Positions 10,163 to 21,609 of a stretch of DNA of 34,296 bases are shown in pieces. The notes beneath the pieces are model-generated. The model was not told the origin of the DNA, ran no database searches, and saw only the letters and a list, made by a program, of their open reading frames with translations. The stretch is from Octopus sinensis (taxonomy: Eukaryota): assembly GCF_006345805.1 (NCBI RefSeq), contig NW_021832070.1, positions 1-34,296 of the forward strand, given 5' to 3'. Positions within the stretch are counted from its first letter, which is position 1. Every line of letters begins with the position of its first letter. A program made the translations under genes and the position numbers.

Positions 10163-11363
10163 TTACACACTCATTAATACATATATGAAACAGGGTTGTT
10201 TTATAAACAAATAATATAACCACGACGGTGACCTAGTTTTGGCTATTTTTAATTACGTTTTTCTCCACATTTTCTTATATGTACCTTGTAATTTGTTTTG
10301 AAACAACGGAGTCCCCAAATCAATCACAAGCAAGTCTCGATCCTCATGAGTCCATCCATAGGACTAAATTGATTTCTGTTATCATTTGCGCTTCAACCTT
10401 TACAGTAAGAAGGACCTGTGAGACTGGTAATAATGTTTAAGCATTTAGAATTTGAATTCGTGATGATTAACGTCTGTTAGTGTTGTTTTTCTATCGTGAC
10501 TATATTCATCTTGTATTTACTTTTAGTAATTTGCTGCAACTTGAGGATTGATTTCATCTTGTGGTGATTCATGCATTGAGTATTTGTTTTTTGAATTATT
10601 GTTTTCTCTTTAGTTTTGTTCTTTGTGGTGTCATGTAGTGCATAACAAAGTGCCAGGTGAGATGATGCGAAAGTGTTATATTATTTCCAAATAAACTCAA
10701 AGGAACTCATACGAAAATATATTTAAAAAACCCTAAAAAAGCTAAAAGATAAAACTAGAACGATTGCATATTCAACACACTTATATACACGCACCATGCA
10801 CACGTATACATATGCATGTATATATATGCATACACATATCTATACTGAAATTTATATATGTACATGTATATACATATTATGCATATACATACATACATAT
10901 ATATACATGCACACACATACACACATACATACACTCATATATACATGTACACATACGTATATATCACATATATTATTTAAACTGAATTCTTTTCCTGATG
11001 ACTTAAGTTTCATGCCAGAGTGATCATTTAGGCGTGTGTATTTGAGTCTTTCAACCTGATTTTATAACCATTCAAATAAAATGATTTTCATTGATAAATT
11101 GAAAAATATTGCTTTTTTTATGGTAGCCATCGTTTTAAGTATTTTCATATAACCGTTTTTCATTAGCCAATTCGTCTATTATTTTGTCTGTACATGTTGG
11201 TTTCGTTATCATATCCCGTTTCACTAAATTGATATTCTTAAGATGTCGGTTTAAATTGTCGTTTAAATTGTGTTACAATATGATTCTGTAACAATATGAT
11301 TAGTTATTGAATACGGTCTTTTTGTTTTTACAAATTGTATCATATACATACATACATATATAA

Positions 11364-11425
<62 letters not shown>

Positions 11426-11527
11426 ATAGAAATGGCAAGACAACAAAAGAATGAAAGAGACCTCGATATTATGTAAATAGAAGAATTTATCTGTAAATAT
11501 AATATGTGACAATTATTCGGTAGCCAT

Positions 11528-11588
11528 GATAAAACTTCGAGTTTCGGATGTCGGGGCGGAAATCCACGCCGGCATCTCTTCAGTTATC
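11528..11588 (-). ncRNA. Type I hammerhead ribozyme candidate with a complete core
   Basis: GAUAA-CUGAAGA-GAUG-[CCGGCGUGGAUUUCCGCCCCGA]-CAUC-C-GAAA-CUCGAAG-UU-UUAUC. Stem I is 5 bp, G10.1-C11.1 is possible with one bulged C, and the triplet is GUU. Predicted cut between 11533 and 11532. Confidence 0.7.
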
Positions 11589-11605
11589 GAGCCATTCGAT
11601 GGCCC

Positions 11606-11666
11606 AATAACTGAAGAGATGCCGGAGTGGATTTCCGCTCCGACAGCGGAAACTCGGAGTTTTATC
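11606..11666 (+). ncRNA. Type I hammerhead ribozyme candidate (mirror copy)
   Basis: aataa CTGAAGA (11611-11617) gatg-ccggagtgga tt tccgctccga-cagcg GAAA (11649-11652) ctcggag TT ttatc. Upper stem II is well paired, its base is damaged, and ACUCGGAGU is near self-complementary. Confidence 0.55.
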
Positions 11667-11702
11667 ATGGGTACCGAGTAATTGCCACATATTATATTTA
11701 CA

Positions 11703-11757
11703 TATATTATATATATATGTATAGTATATATACACACATATATATTATAATAATATC

Positions 11758-11832
<75 letters not shown>

Positions 11833-12233
11833 ATATATACAATATACATATATATATATATACATATATACACATACATATCTCGTAAATGTGAGTAGCA
11901 TAATGACGCTTTGAGATACGACAAAAACTGTTTCAACGCACGAGTTCACATTAAGATTCTTCGAAGTCTAATACAGAAATGAAATACATATATACAAACA
12001 TGCATACATATAGACACATGTATATATACTAATATATACATACATTTTTATATATATATATATGTATATATATATAGAAACATGTACATCTATATATATT
12101 CATACAATAGTAAGACAACACATAAATTTGTGAACAAGTTTGACTGCTGCTTCCGTTCTACTCAACGTCCTTGATGAATTCATCGTATACACACCAATAA
12201 ATATAACATAATATAACATAATTCATACAACGT

Positions 12234-12265
<32 letters not shown>

Positions 12266-12568
12266 GTTCATATACATTTACATCAAATAATCAACAGCTT
12301 ACTTAAAATGTACATGCATATTTGCGCATGAATTTTTCTCAAATAGACACATAAGTTCATACGTCCGCATATATGAAGTACAACATATACATACATACAT
12401 ATATATATATTCATGTATATACTTATGCATGATTGTATGTATATGCATACACATATATATGCATAATTATGTAATACATATATGCACACATAGGTACATA
12501 TATATATATATGCATAAACATATATATAAGCATATATATATGCATACATATATACATATATACAAAAC

Positions 12569-12600
<32 letters not shown>

Positions 12601-12820
12601 GCATACATATATATATATATGTATGCATATATATATATATATTATATATATATATATATAATATGCATATATATATAATATTTTATATATATATATATTA
12701 TATATATATATATCTACATACATAATATATATATATATGTATGCATGCATATATATATACATACATATACATGTATACAATATATGTATATATCTACATG
12801 CAGAAAAGTCCACAGAGAAA
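11703..12820. repeat. (TA)n/(CATA)n low-complexity field with short unique islands
   Basis: Directly visible; it generates the spurious YI/CI-rich ORFs. Confidence 0.9.
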
Positions 12821-12829
12821 ATTCTACTG

Positions 12830-12997
12830 ATAAGAGTGTTGTAGTAACAGGAAAGAGGAACAGTAATACAGTAATAACAAAAACAACAGCAACAGTAAAA
12901 AAAATAATAATAATAGTAATAATAATAGTAATGGTAATAGTAGCAATAGTATATAGTTGTGATAATAATGGTAATAATAATAATAGTAATATAATAA

Positions 12998-13043
<46 letters not shown>

Positions 13044-13100
13044 TAATATAAGTAATAATAATAATAATAATAATAATAATGATAATAATAATAATATGTA
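12830..13100. repeat. Degenerate to perfect (AAT)n microsatellite
   Basis: Directly visible. Confidence 0.95.
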
Positions 13101-14064
13101 ATGAAAGACAATATTATTTCCGTGTCGATCTCTCTGCTACAATGCAACGCCGGATATGTTTGGGTGGGCTTCAGAATGGAAAAAAAGAACACGAACAGAA
13201 CAGTATAAAAAAAAATAATATAAAAAAAAATAACAAGACTTCTATAAGAGCAGATCGGGTTCCTAATTGAACAAATAAATATTTTTGCTACCCCTAATGC
13301 AGACAAGCCAAGTACCAACCAATATTCCACGAAGTTTCCTTGAACAGGGAGTAGATGACCGATGTCCAAGTGGGCAGTAAAGAGCCTGCTTGAAAGAAAA
13401 GGTGACAGAAAGAAGAGATAAACTTGGGTCACAAAAAATTGTAAAAAAAATTTTTTTTTTGCAAATGTGTGAAAAAATTATTTCAGAAAAAATAGAGCTA
13501 AAGTAGAATAAAGAAACATTAGTAATAACATTAACATTCATTATAATAATATTAGCATTCATTATAATAACATTAACATTAATTATAATTTCAATGACAG
13601 TCCTGTATTTATTACATTTTTCTTCCGTCGTAGTGGTATCTTTATCGTTATATTTTTAAAAAAAATTTCTTCATCATCGTTGAATTTTCCTTTTCAATAT
13701 TATAGGTTTTTCATAATTTTTCTTTTGGAGTTGTCATAGTAACATTTTTTCTTTCTTGAAAACTTCTTTACTGTCTTTTGGTTCTTTTCTGTTTTTTTTT
13801 TACAATTATTTTTGGGGTTTTCGTTTCATGATTCCTTCCTTGGTCGTTTTCACTTCTTCCATTTTTATCACTCTTTTTTTTTAAAAGGACGGGGGGGGGG
13901 GGTGGGTTGTGGTGTGTGGTATGTTTTTAAAGTTGATCAATCGAAATACTGGAATATGTTTTTTTGTTGAGTATGAATGACGGAGGTGAGGATGAAGATG
14001 CTGGTGCAGATGATAAAAATGATGGCAATACGGAAGAAGAAAACATCACGAAGACAAATCCTTC

Positions 14065-14330
14065 ACACGTTTTGATAAGGCCTTCTATGCTGGACAGGTC
14101 AAAGGATAGAGTCCAGGCTAATATGGAACACCTCTTTATAGGGGTAAAAATGGATTTGTGTAGGGCCAACGTCCCTATCTGGAAAAAGTAAAAACTTGGA
14201 AGAAGAAAGCCCAGAGTCAAGAACTGAATGGTCGTCGATGGCCTCTGTTCCATAAAGAGCAAAAAGCTGAGGAACTAAGACTACTGGTGTACGCACTAGT
14301 GGTGGAGCTTGTACGAGGTAGGTAGAAAAA
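14065..14330 (+). mobile_element. Highly decayed RTE-clade LINE ORF2 C-terminal remnant (copy 1)
   Basis: Frameshifted pieces LIRPSML (cf. VRPAMLYG), SRL..EHLF (cf. ARLRWYGH) and GRRKPRVKN*MVVDGL (cf. GRGRPRKTWxxVVxxDL). It aligns with 14420-14680. Confidence 0.4.
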
Positions 14331-14419
14331 GTAGGCAAATTTTCAAATCATCTCCTGTCGTCTTAAAAAGGGCGCATTGAATAGATTTGGGGTTCAATGC
14401 TTTGTCTAAAGAAGAGAGA

Positions 14420-14680
14420 TTAAAGCTATGCTATAACACCCCGGCCAAGTCGAAGAAGAGGCCAGACTAATATGGACCATCTCTTCCGGAGATAAAAATG
14501 AGTTTGTGTAGGGTTCAATACACCTGCATAGAATAGAAACATCAATGGCAATTAAAAACCAATGAAACCTGGGAGAAGGCTTTTCTTTAGAGAAACACAT
14601 CATGGTGCAGCAAAATCCAGGATATCCTGCATTGCATATCAGGCTCTGACCTGAAGCCTACAAGGTAAGTAGAAGAGAGG
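14420..14680 (+). mobile_element. Highly decayed RTE-clade LINE ORF2 C-terminal remnant (copy 2)
   Basis: Frameshifted EEARL..YG.HLFRR.KNEFV.RV and PMK(T)WEK. ccagactaatatggaccatctcttc..taaaaatgagtttgtgtaggg matches 14113-14165. Confidence 0.4.
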
Positions 14681-15031
14681 ATTCCCTAAAAATAGCTAAA
14701 GTAGGAGCTGAGAAAGGGCCGGAAAGCTAAAAAAGTAAAGCAGGGATTCATCTGGAGAGAAGGCAGGGAGGACACCCAAAATCAAGAATAATGAAGAAAA
14801 GTTGTTAATGGCTGAGGTCCCTTAGTGGTTAGGAGTGTTCATTTCATGGTCACAATATCATAGGTTCAATTCTTGGACCAAGACAGAAGTCTTCAACGGC
14901 TTATGCTCCAAAGGAAGCGAAGGGCTTAAGTAAGGAATGGAAGAATGAAAGAGAGGAAGAAGTAATAAAGAAAATCCATTTTTATAGGTGGTTGATAATA
15001 AGGGTTTCAAATTTGGTTTAGGGCCAACAAA

Positions 15032-15419
15032 TCATCATCATTGTTCGACCGTGGTCGAAACAATAGAATTTACCATGCTACGCCAGTCTTCACGTTCGAT
15101 CATAGCATTACGGAGGTCCTGTTGCTGGATGCCTGTATCCCTGGAGATTACATCAGGGTAGGAGAGTGTGCGCCCTCTGGTATTGTGAGTAGATGGCTTC
15201 CAGAGGAGAAGAGTAGAAATTGCCTCGTTTTCAGCTCTACAACAATGTCCAGCAAACTGGACTCTCCAACCTTTCACAAGAGATGACACAGGTGGTAGTT
15301 TCCCATATATTTGTATTTTGGGTGGATGACGCTTCCACAAGAGAATTTGAGCTCTCTTAAGGAGGCGAGTGTAAGTTCCATCCAACCGCCTCTCAAGATT
15401 CTTTGATGTCCAGGTTTCT
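15032..15419 (-). mobile_element. 5'-truncated RTE-clade LINE (ORF2 C-terminus and 3' tail)
   Basis: Open frame ETWT..LERRLDGTYTRLLKRA..WKRHP..IYGKLPPVSSLVK..RVQFAGHC.R..ISTLLLWKP..RGRTLSYPDVI..WRSMV, typical of the region after the RT domain. (TGA)3 tail. 11-bp TSD GGGCCAACAAA (15021-15031) / GGGCTAACAAA (15420-15430). Confidence 0.85.
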
Positions 15420-15559
15420 GGGCTAACAAAACTTTTTGATACTAATGGTAATGCCAATAAGGGGAAATAATTAAGATGGTAATGAATTAGGATTTTGGGG
15501 TCGGATTCTGAGACCTTTGCTCAGTTGATTTTCTTGTGCCCTAATCTCCCTCTTGCAAA

Positions 15560-15700
15560 CCAATCCATCGTAAGGTTGCCTATTTACTGGTGAGTAGACT
15601 GAAATGTTTTGCTGAAGAACAAAATACACAGCCGGTCTGGGAATCGAAACTATGTTCTCTCGATCGTGAGTGAAACACACTAACTGCTAGGCATTAGGCC
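15560..15700 (-). mobile_element. SINE fragment (E-like head)
   Basis: Minus strand: gttagtgtgtttcactcacgatcgagagaacatagtttcgattcccagaccggctgtgtattttgttcttcagcaaaac. Confidence 0.55.
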
Positions 15701-16189
15701 ACACGACTTCATTAGGCCACACGACTATGTGATGTGGTTGACAATAAAGATGATAATAGTAATGGTGGTCATCACGCCAGTCGTTTTCGTTGCTAGCATT
15801 ATTATTTATTCCCAGCTTAACCTTGATCAAGATGACCTATGATCAAAGGCTTTCTTGCCATGACAATCTCGTCTGTTATTCGAAAAATAATGTCTAGGAC
15901 TAGTTTATTATCCAGTTTGTCCGCTTCTTTTAAGACAGTGGTGCATGGCTCAGGGAAGTAAGCCACACTCTCGAGCCACCAGCCCAAATGTCTTTACTGA
16001 GTATGTAGGAACAAATCTAACATGTATCTCGTTGTCTTTAAGGTGATGTCTATCTTCCTATCCCTAACCATCATGCTGGATGGTTAGGAGTAGTGGTTGA
16101 GGATAAGTAGGTGGTTGTGAGGTTAGATGGTTGGATAGTTGGTTGGTTGGGTGGTTAGCTGAAAGGTGGTTAGTTTGTTGGGATAGTAG

Positions 16190-16925
16190 TGGTAATGACG
16201 GAGTAGTGGTGCTGGTGTTTGAGTGATGGCAGCGGTAGATGTCGAATTGGTTGAAACGGCGCTTGTTGGAGCGGTGGTAAAGGTGCGTGTTGAGTGGTGG
16301 TAATGCTGCTTGTTTGAGTGATAGTAACGGTGTTAGTTTGAATGATGGTAACGGTACTTGATTGAGTGTTAGTAATGGTGCTTGATTGAGTGATGATAAT
16401 GGTGCTTGCTGAGTGATGGTAATAGTCTTGTCTGAGTGTTGGTAATGGTGCTTGTTTTGAGTAATGGTAATGGTGTTTGTTTGAATGATGGTAACGGTGC
16501 TTATTTGAGTGATGGTAATGGTTCTTGTTTTGAGTGCTGGTAATGGTACTTGTTTGAGTGATGATAAGAATGTTTGTATGAGTCATGATAATGGTGCTTA
16601 TTTGAGTGATGGTAATGGTTCTTGTTTTGAGTGTTGGTAATGGTACTTGCATGAGTGATGATAATAATGCTTGCTTGAGTGATAATAATGGTACTTATTT
16701 GAGTGATGGTAATAGTTTTGTCTGAGTGTTGGTAATGTCGCTTGTTTTGAGTGATGGTAATGGTGTTTGAGTGATGTTTATTGTGCTTGTTTGAGTCACT
16801 GTAATGGTGTTTGTTGAGTAGTGGTTGTACGATGAGTTGTAATGGTAGGGTTTTGATAATAGTGTTCTTTGAGTGGCAGAAATGGTAGTTGTTGGAGTGT
16901 TGCACATGCTCGAGTGCTGGTAAAG
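16190..16925. repeat. Degenerate ~24-bp minisatellite (GTGATGGTAATGGTGCTTGTTTGA) with a 4-unit higher-order repeat
   Basis: More than 20 recognisable units of 20-25 bp, each ending in TGA. Confidence 0.85.
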
Positions 16926-17289
16926 GTGTTAAAAGGTGGTAACAATTACTATTGTTGTAGTAGTGGTGGTGGTGGTGGAGTGGTGATAATGTCTATTTTT
17001 AAAATGGTGGCGGCGTCAAAATAGTGATAATGGTAAGTTTGTGGTAATGGTAAAACGACGGCATTGGTATAGTAGTGGTAATGGTGATAGTTGGATTGGT
17101 GGTAAGGATGATTGCTGGGGTGGTGGTGGTGATGATGGTGGAATGGAGTGTGGGTAATTTCATGGTTTTGAGTGATGATAATGATAGCTGTTGGACTGAT
17201 GGTAATGTTGAAGTAAGATAAAGAAGCAGTGTGAGAGGTGGGTAACGATAATTGAATGGAGGTAAAATATAGGTAATGATGATTAAGAA

Positions 17290-17503
17290 TTTTGGCAGAA
17301 GACCAGTAATTTCGGGTGAGGTAGAGATGAGTTGATTACATCGGTCCCCGTGCTCAACAGCTAACTAATTTGTCGATCCCCCACCCCGAAAGGACGAAAT
17401 GCAAAATCACCCTCGGCGGAATCTGATCTTAGAACATAGGGGGCTGACGAAATACCGCTAAGCATTTCGTCCGGCGTGCTAGCGATTCTGCCAGGTCACC
17501 GCC
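17290..17503 (-). mobile_element. SINE family C (diverged)
   Basis: ccccgaaaggacgaaatgcaaaatcaccctcggcggaatctga..gacgaaataccgctaagcatttcgtccggcgtgctagcgattctgccagg..ccgcc. Confidence 0.8.
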
Positions 17504-17509
17504 TAAATA

Positions 17510-17531
17510 TATAATAATAATAATAATAATA

Positions 17532-17570
<39 letters not shown>

Positions 17571-17795
17571 TAATAATAACGGTTTCAAATTTTTCCACAA
17601 GTGCAGCAATTGTGGGGGAGGGGATAAGTCGATTACATCGACCCCTAGTGTTCCACTGGTTCTTGTTTTATCGAGCCCGAAAAGGATGAAAGGCAAAGTC
17701 GACTTCGGCGGAATTTGAAATCAGAACGTAACGGCAGACGAAATGCCACTAAGCATTTTGGCCAGTGTGCTAACAATTCTGCCAGCTCGCCGCCT
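17510..17795 (-). mobile_element. SINE family C with an (AAT)n tail
   Basis: The C consensus from ggtttcaaatttt to gccagctcgccgcc, preceded on + by (AAT)n at 17510-17580. Confidence 0.85.
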
Positions 17796-17919
17796 TAAAT
17801 AGTGGTAGTAAGAGCAAGTCATGCGGTTAGTAGTATAGACGAAGGCAGTATCTGTCCTGGTAGAAATCGCTGTAGACGCAGTGGTGTTAATAACGTCATC
17901 ATCACCATCCTTCACTGTA

Positions 17920-18165
17920 GTTAAAGCCACCAATCTGAACCAGACAGGATTTACTGGACAGGGTTATAGTATTCATTCTTCCGATCGCTGAATACAAAAC
18001 GTAGATCGTGGACCTCATTTCGGATGATGGTCTTGAGTCACCATCTCACTAATGTACGCCAACCTGTCACACGGTTACACTTTACAGCTAAGTGAACTGG
18101 AGCAACGTGAAATGAAGTGTCTTGCTCAAGAACAGACACATGCATTGAGTAAATACAGGCGACAG
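17920..18165 (-). mobile_element. SINE (E-related) fragment
   Basis: ttacactttacagctaagtgaactggagcaacgtgaaatgaagtgtcttgctcaagaaca is the reverse complement of the E central domain. Confidence 0.6.
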
Positions 18166-18183
18166 GCAGGAATTTATAAATTA

Positions 18184-18491
18184 CTAGCAGTATCGCCCGG
18201 CGTTGCTCGCGTTTGTAAGGGAAATAACTATATAAGCATTGTTAGAGAGTTACTTCCCTTACATAAACCGAGCAAAAAATGCATTAAAAATGCGAAAAAA
18301 TGATGGTAATTTTTTTTATCCTCGTAGACTCATCGTAGACGTGCGCTAATACCCAGAAAGGCTCGATATGAAGCACGACTTTAAGATACCCGCTTTTGGT
18401 TAAACTGCACCGCAAAATGTGGGAGTAGTTAGGAATCTAAATCGGAGGAGACAGACTCTCACACACACAACTTCAGTTTTATATATAAAGA
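18184..18491 (-). mobile_element. Non-autonomous Helitron (308 bp)
   Basis: Minus strand starts 5'-TC (after A) and ends CTAG-3' (before T). It has a subterminal hairpin C(G)CG-AGCAACGC-CGGG ~10 nt before CTAG and no TSD. Confidence 0.8.
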
Positions 18492-18789
18492 TATTGCCAT
18501 CGGAAAACGTTAATATCATGTGAGGTTGTGTAACAATATTTTTACAGCAAAACTATTTAGTGATACACACACAAACACACATACACACACACATACGCGG
18601 GTACCTCATTCTTCGACGCGGTTGGACCATCAGTCCCAACCAGCTGGGTTCATAAGTACGACTTGCACTGTTCATCTTTTCGGTCAACAAAACTGTTGTC
18701 GCACGTTCGGATGCCTCTACTACTCAACTCTACTCTCTACCCTGCTACTACTCAACTGTTCTCTACTGACGTCTAGACTTATCACTCTA

Positions 18790-19065
18790 TATCTACGTAT
18801 TGGGCTAGCCTACTTCATCGTCTGGGGGCGTCCACACAACAAAAACGTGGCCCGCGAGCCCTCTATTCAGCTGGTTTTCCTGAGTTATCATCTTACCCTT
18901 GTACACCGATCCGTCACAATGTTACCCACTTACAGCTGAGCGGACTGAAACAACGTGAAAGTGAAAGGTTATACCCAAGAAAACAACACGCAGCCGGTGT
19001 AGGAATTGAAACTATGACCTCGCAATTGGAAGCGCAACACCCTAACGACTAAGCCACACGCCTTC
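18790..19065 (-). mobile_element. SINE (E-related)
   Basis: acttacagctgagcggactgaaacaacgtgaaagtga..acccaagaaaacaacacgcagccggtgtaggaattgaaact..cctaacgactaagccacacgcc is a tRNA-like head read on minus. Confidence 0.65.
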
Positions 19066-19374
19066 ACAATGACATGTGATGTGGTTAAACGTAAAATCGG
19101 TGGTGGTAGTATTGATGGTGATATAGGTTCTGGTGGAGATGGTGGTAAAGTAGTGGCTGTTGAATGATGCAACAACCATTGCATGAGGACGTAACATGCA
19201 TCTCAACAGAAGCTCAACATTTTATATTTTGAGGGGCAAAATCCTGGAAAATTAACACAGGGTTGTGATTGAGTTCCCGATAGAATAAGGATTGGAAAGT
19301 GTTTTAATATTTTCTGTGAAATTAAATTCCTACTAAAACAGTAAAATGTAATTTTAAAAAAAATCCTTAATATA

Positions 19375-19773
19375 GGCGCAGGAGTAGCTGTGTGGTAAGT
19401 AGCTTGCTTACCAACCGGGTTCAGTCCCACTGCGTGGCACTTTGGGCAAGTATCTTCTACTATAGCCTCGGGCCGACCAAAGCCTTGTGAATGGATTTGG
19501 TAAACGGAAACTGAAAGAAGCCTGTTGTATATATGTATATATATATATATATATATATGTTTGTGTGTCTGTGTTTGTCCTCCCAACATCGCTTGATAAC
19601 CGATGCTGGTGTGTTCATGTCCCCGTAACTTAGGGATTCGGCAAAAGAGACCGATAGAATAAGTACTAGGCTTACAAAGAATAAGTCCTGGGGTCGATTT
19701 GCTCGACTAAAAGCGGTGCTCCAGCATGGCCGCAGTCAAATGACTGAAACAAGTAAAAGAGTAAAAGAGTAAA
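19375..19773 (+). mobile_element. Composite SINE, near full length (A, (TA)n/(TG), B, (AAAGAGT)n tail)
   Basis: ggcgcaggagtagctgtgtggtaag..gggttcagtcccactgcgtggcac..gaaactgaaagaagcc, then (TA)n, then gcttgataaccgatgctggtgtg..gcggtgctccagcatggccgcagtcaaatgactgaaacaagtaaaagagtaaaagagtaaaa. Confidence 0.8.
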
Positions 19774-19844
19774 ATGTATTAGAATATTTGGAACTTTCTA
19801 AAGACAAAAAAAAGAAACATAAAATGGATCATGGGGGCAAACAT

Positions 19845-20120
19845 CTGATTGGCTCCTGAGAAAAGAACCATCGAACAGCTGCTCCAAGGCACTAGGTGAA
19901 GGATGCTATCACTGGAGATACAACCAGGTCCTGAATACCTTGGTTAAGGTCGGCAGCAAGGAGAACAGTGGCAATAGAAGCGCCCTCACGATAGCCAGGA
20001 AGATTGTCTTTGTTAAGGAAAAGATAACTGCCTAAGAAATCATTCTAGAACAATTCCGATGGAATGTCAAGAACAAAAACAACGTTGAGGAGCAGAAGAA
20101 AAATCTGTAAGGTTCTGGTT
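19845..20120 (+). mobile_element. Decayed RLE-type (HERO-like) LINE fragment, zinc-knuckle region
   Basis: SCSKALGEGCYHWRYNQVL..IVFVKE (19877-20035) resembles (HILS)xCPKALGEGRYRWRHDQVL..IxFV. A frameshifted IILE.TIP(W)E remnant follows. Confidence 0.55.
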
Positions 20121-20173
20121 AAAATGTTATCGGTGGGGTCAATAGCATGCCACTTGGATACGGGCTCATTATA

Positions 20174-20637
20174 TATTTCTTTACTACCCACAAGGGGCTA
20201 AACACAGAGGGGACAAACAAGGACAGACAAAGGGATTAAGTCGATTACATCGACCCCAGTGCGTAACTGGTACTTAATTTATCGACCCCGAAAGGATGAA
20301 AAGCAAAGTCAACCTCGGCGGAATTTGAACTCGGAACGTAACGATGAAAGGGCGGTGAGCTGGCAGAAACGTTAGCACGCCGGGCGAAATGCTTAGCGGT
20401 TTTTCGTCGGCCGTTACGTTCTGAGTTCAAATTCCGCCGAGGTCGACTTTGCCTTTCATCCTTTCGGGGTCGATTAAATAAGTACCAGTTATGCACTGGG
20501 GTCGATATAATCGACTTAATACGTTTGTCTGTCCTTGTTTGTCCTCTCTGTATTTAGTCCCTTGTGGGTAGTAAAGAAATAGAAATACGGCTACGCATTT
20601 CGCCCGGCGTGCTAACGTTTCTGCCGGCTCGCCGATA
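20174..20637 (-). mobile_element. SINE C interrupted by a second, oppositely oriented SINE C (~20349-20582)
   Basis: The outer copy is split at ~20347/20583 and bounded by a perfect 16-bp TSD ATACGGGCTCATTATA (20158-20173, 20638-20653). The inner plus-strand copy runs ggcggtgagctggcagaaacg..gtagtaaagaaatag. Confidence 0.85.
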
Positions 20638-20737
20638 ATACGGGCTCATTATAGACCCTGGTCAGACAGCTTGGACGAGGCTTTAGGATACAAATGCTAA
20701 TGATGTATCCAGATATTGCATCGCTAGATGCATTCTC

Positions 20738-21323
<586 letters not shown>

Positions 21324-21609
21324 TATGTTGAACTAAAATATATTAAAGCATTTGGTAACCTCTTAGAATTACCAAAAAGACCGGCGTTTTGACAATTAAT
21401 TTAAATAAGGTGGTGAAAATATTGGATGTTTTTGAGGTTCAATACATCGACAAGATATTTGGAATCGATTTACAAATTTCTGGCATGAAGGATATGGTAG
21501 TAGACGTGTAAAGAACCTAATATTCTTAGTATTCAAGTTAAAGAACTTTTGAACCAACAGAAAATAGATGCGTGGGCCTTTTCCCTCTCACCACCATGAA
21601 CTGCTTCAC

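Larger units (their letters stand above)
11424..11702 (-). mobile_element. Non-coding foldback element with two hammerhead motifs, embedded in (TA)n
   Basis: Palindrome 11492-11702 centred on 11597: 104-bp arms, 10 mismatches, no gaps, 3-nt loop. An unpaired ~68-bp tail runs to the (TA)n tract on the left. Confidence 0.8.

Noticed and set aside
14311-14670. Duplicated exons ending in GAG|GTAGGT (14318) and AAG|GTAAGT (14665)
   Set aside because: No acceptors or intact frames. The sites coincide with stop codons of what look like decayed LINE ends.
16170-16907. Thr/His-rich mucin-like protein
   Set aside because: Variable unit length shifts the frame repeatedly; it is better explained as a non-coding minisatellite.
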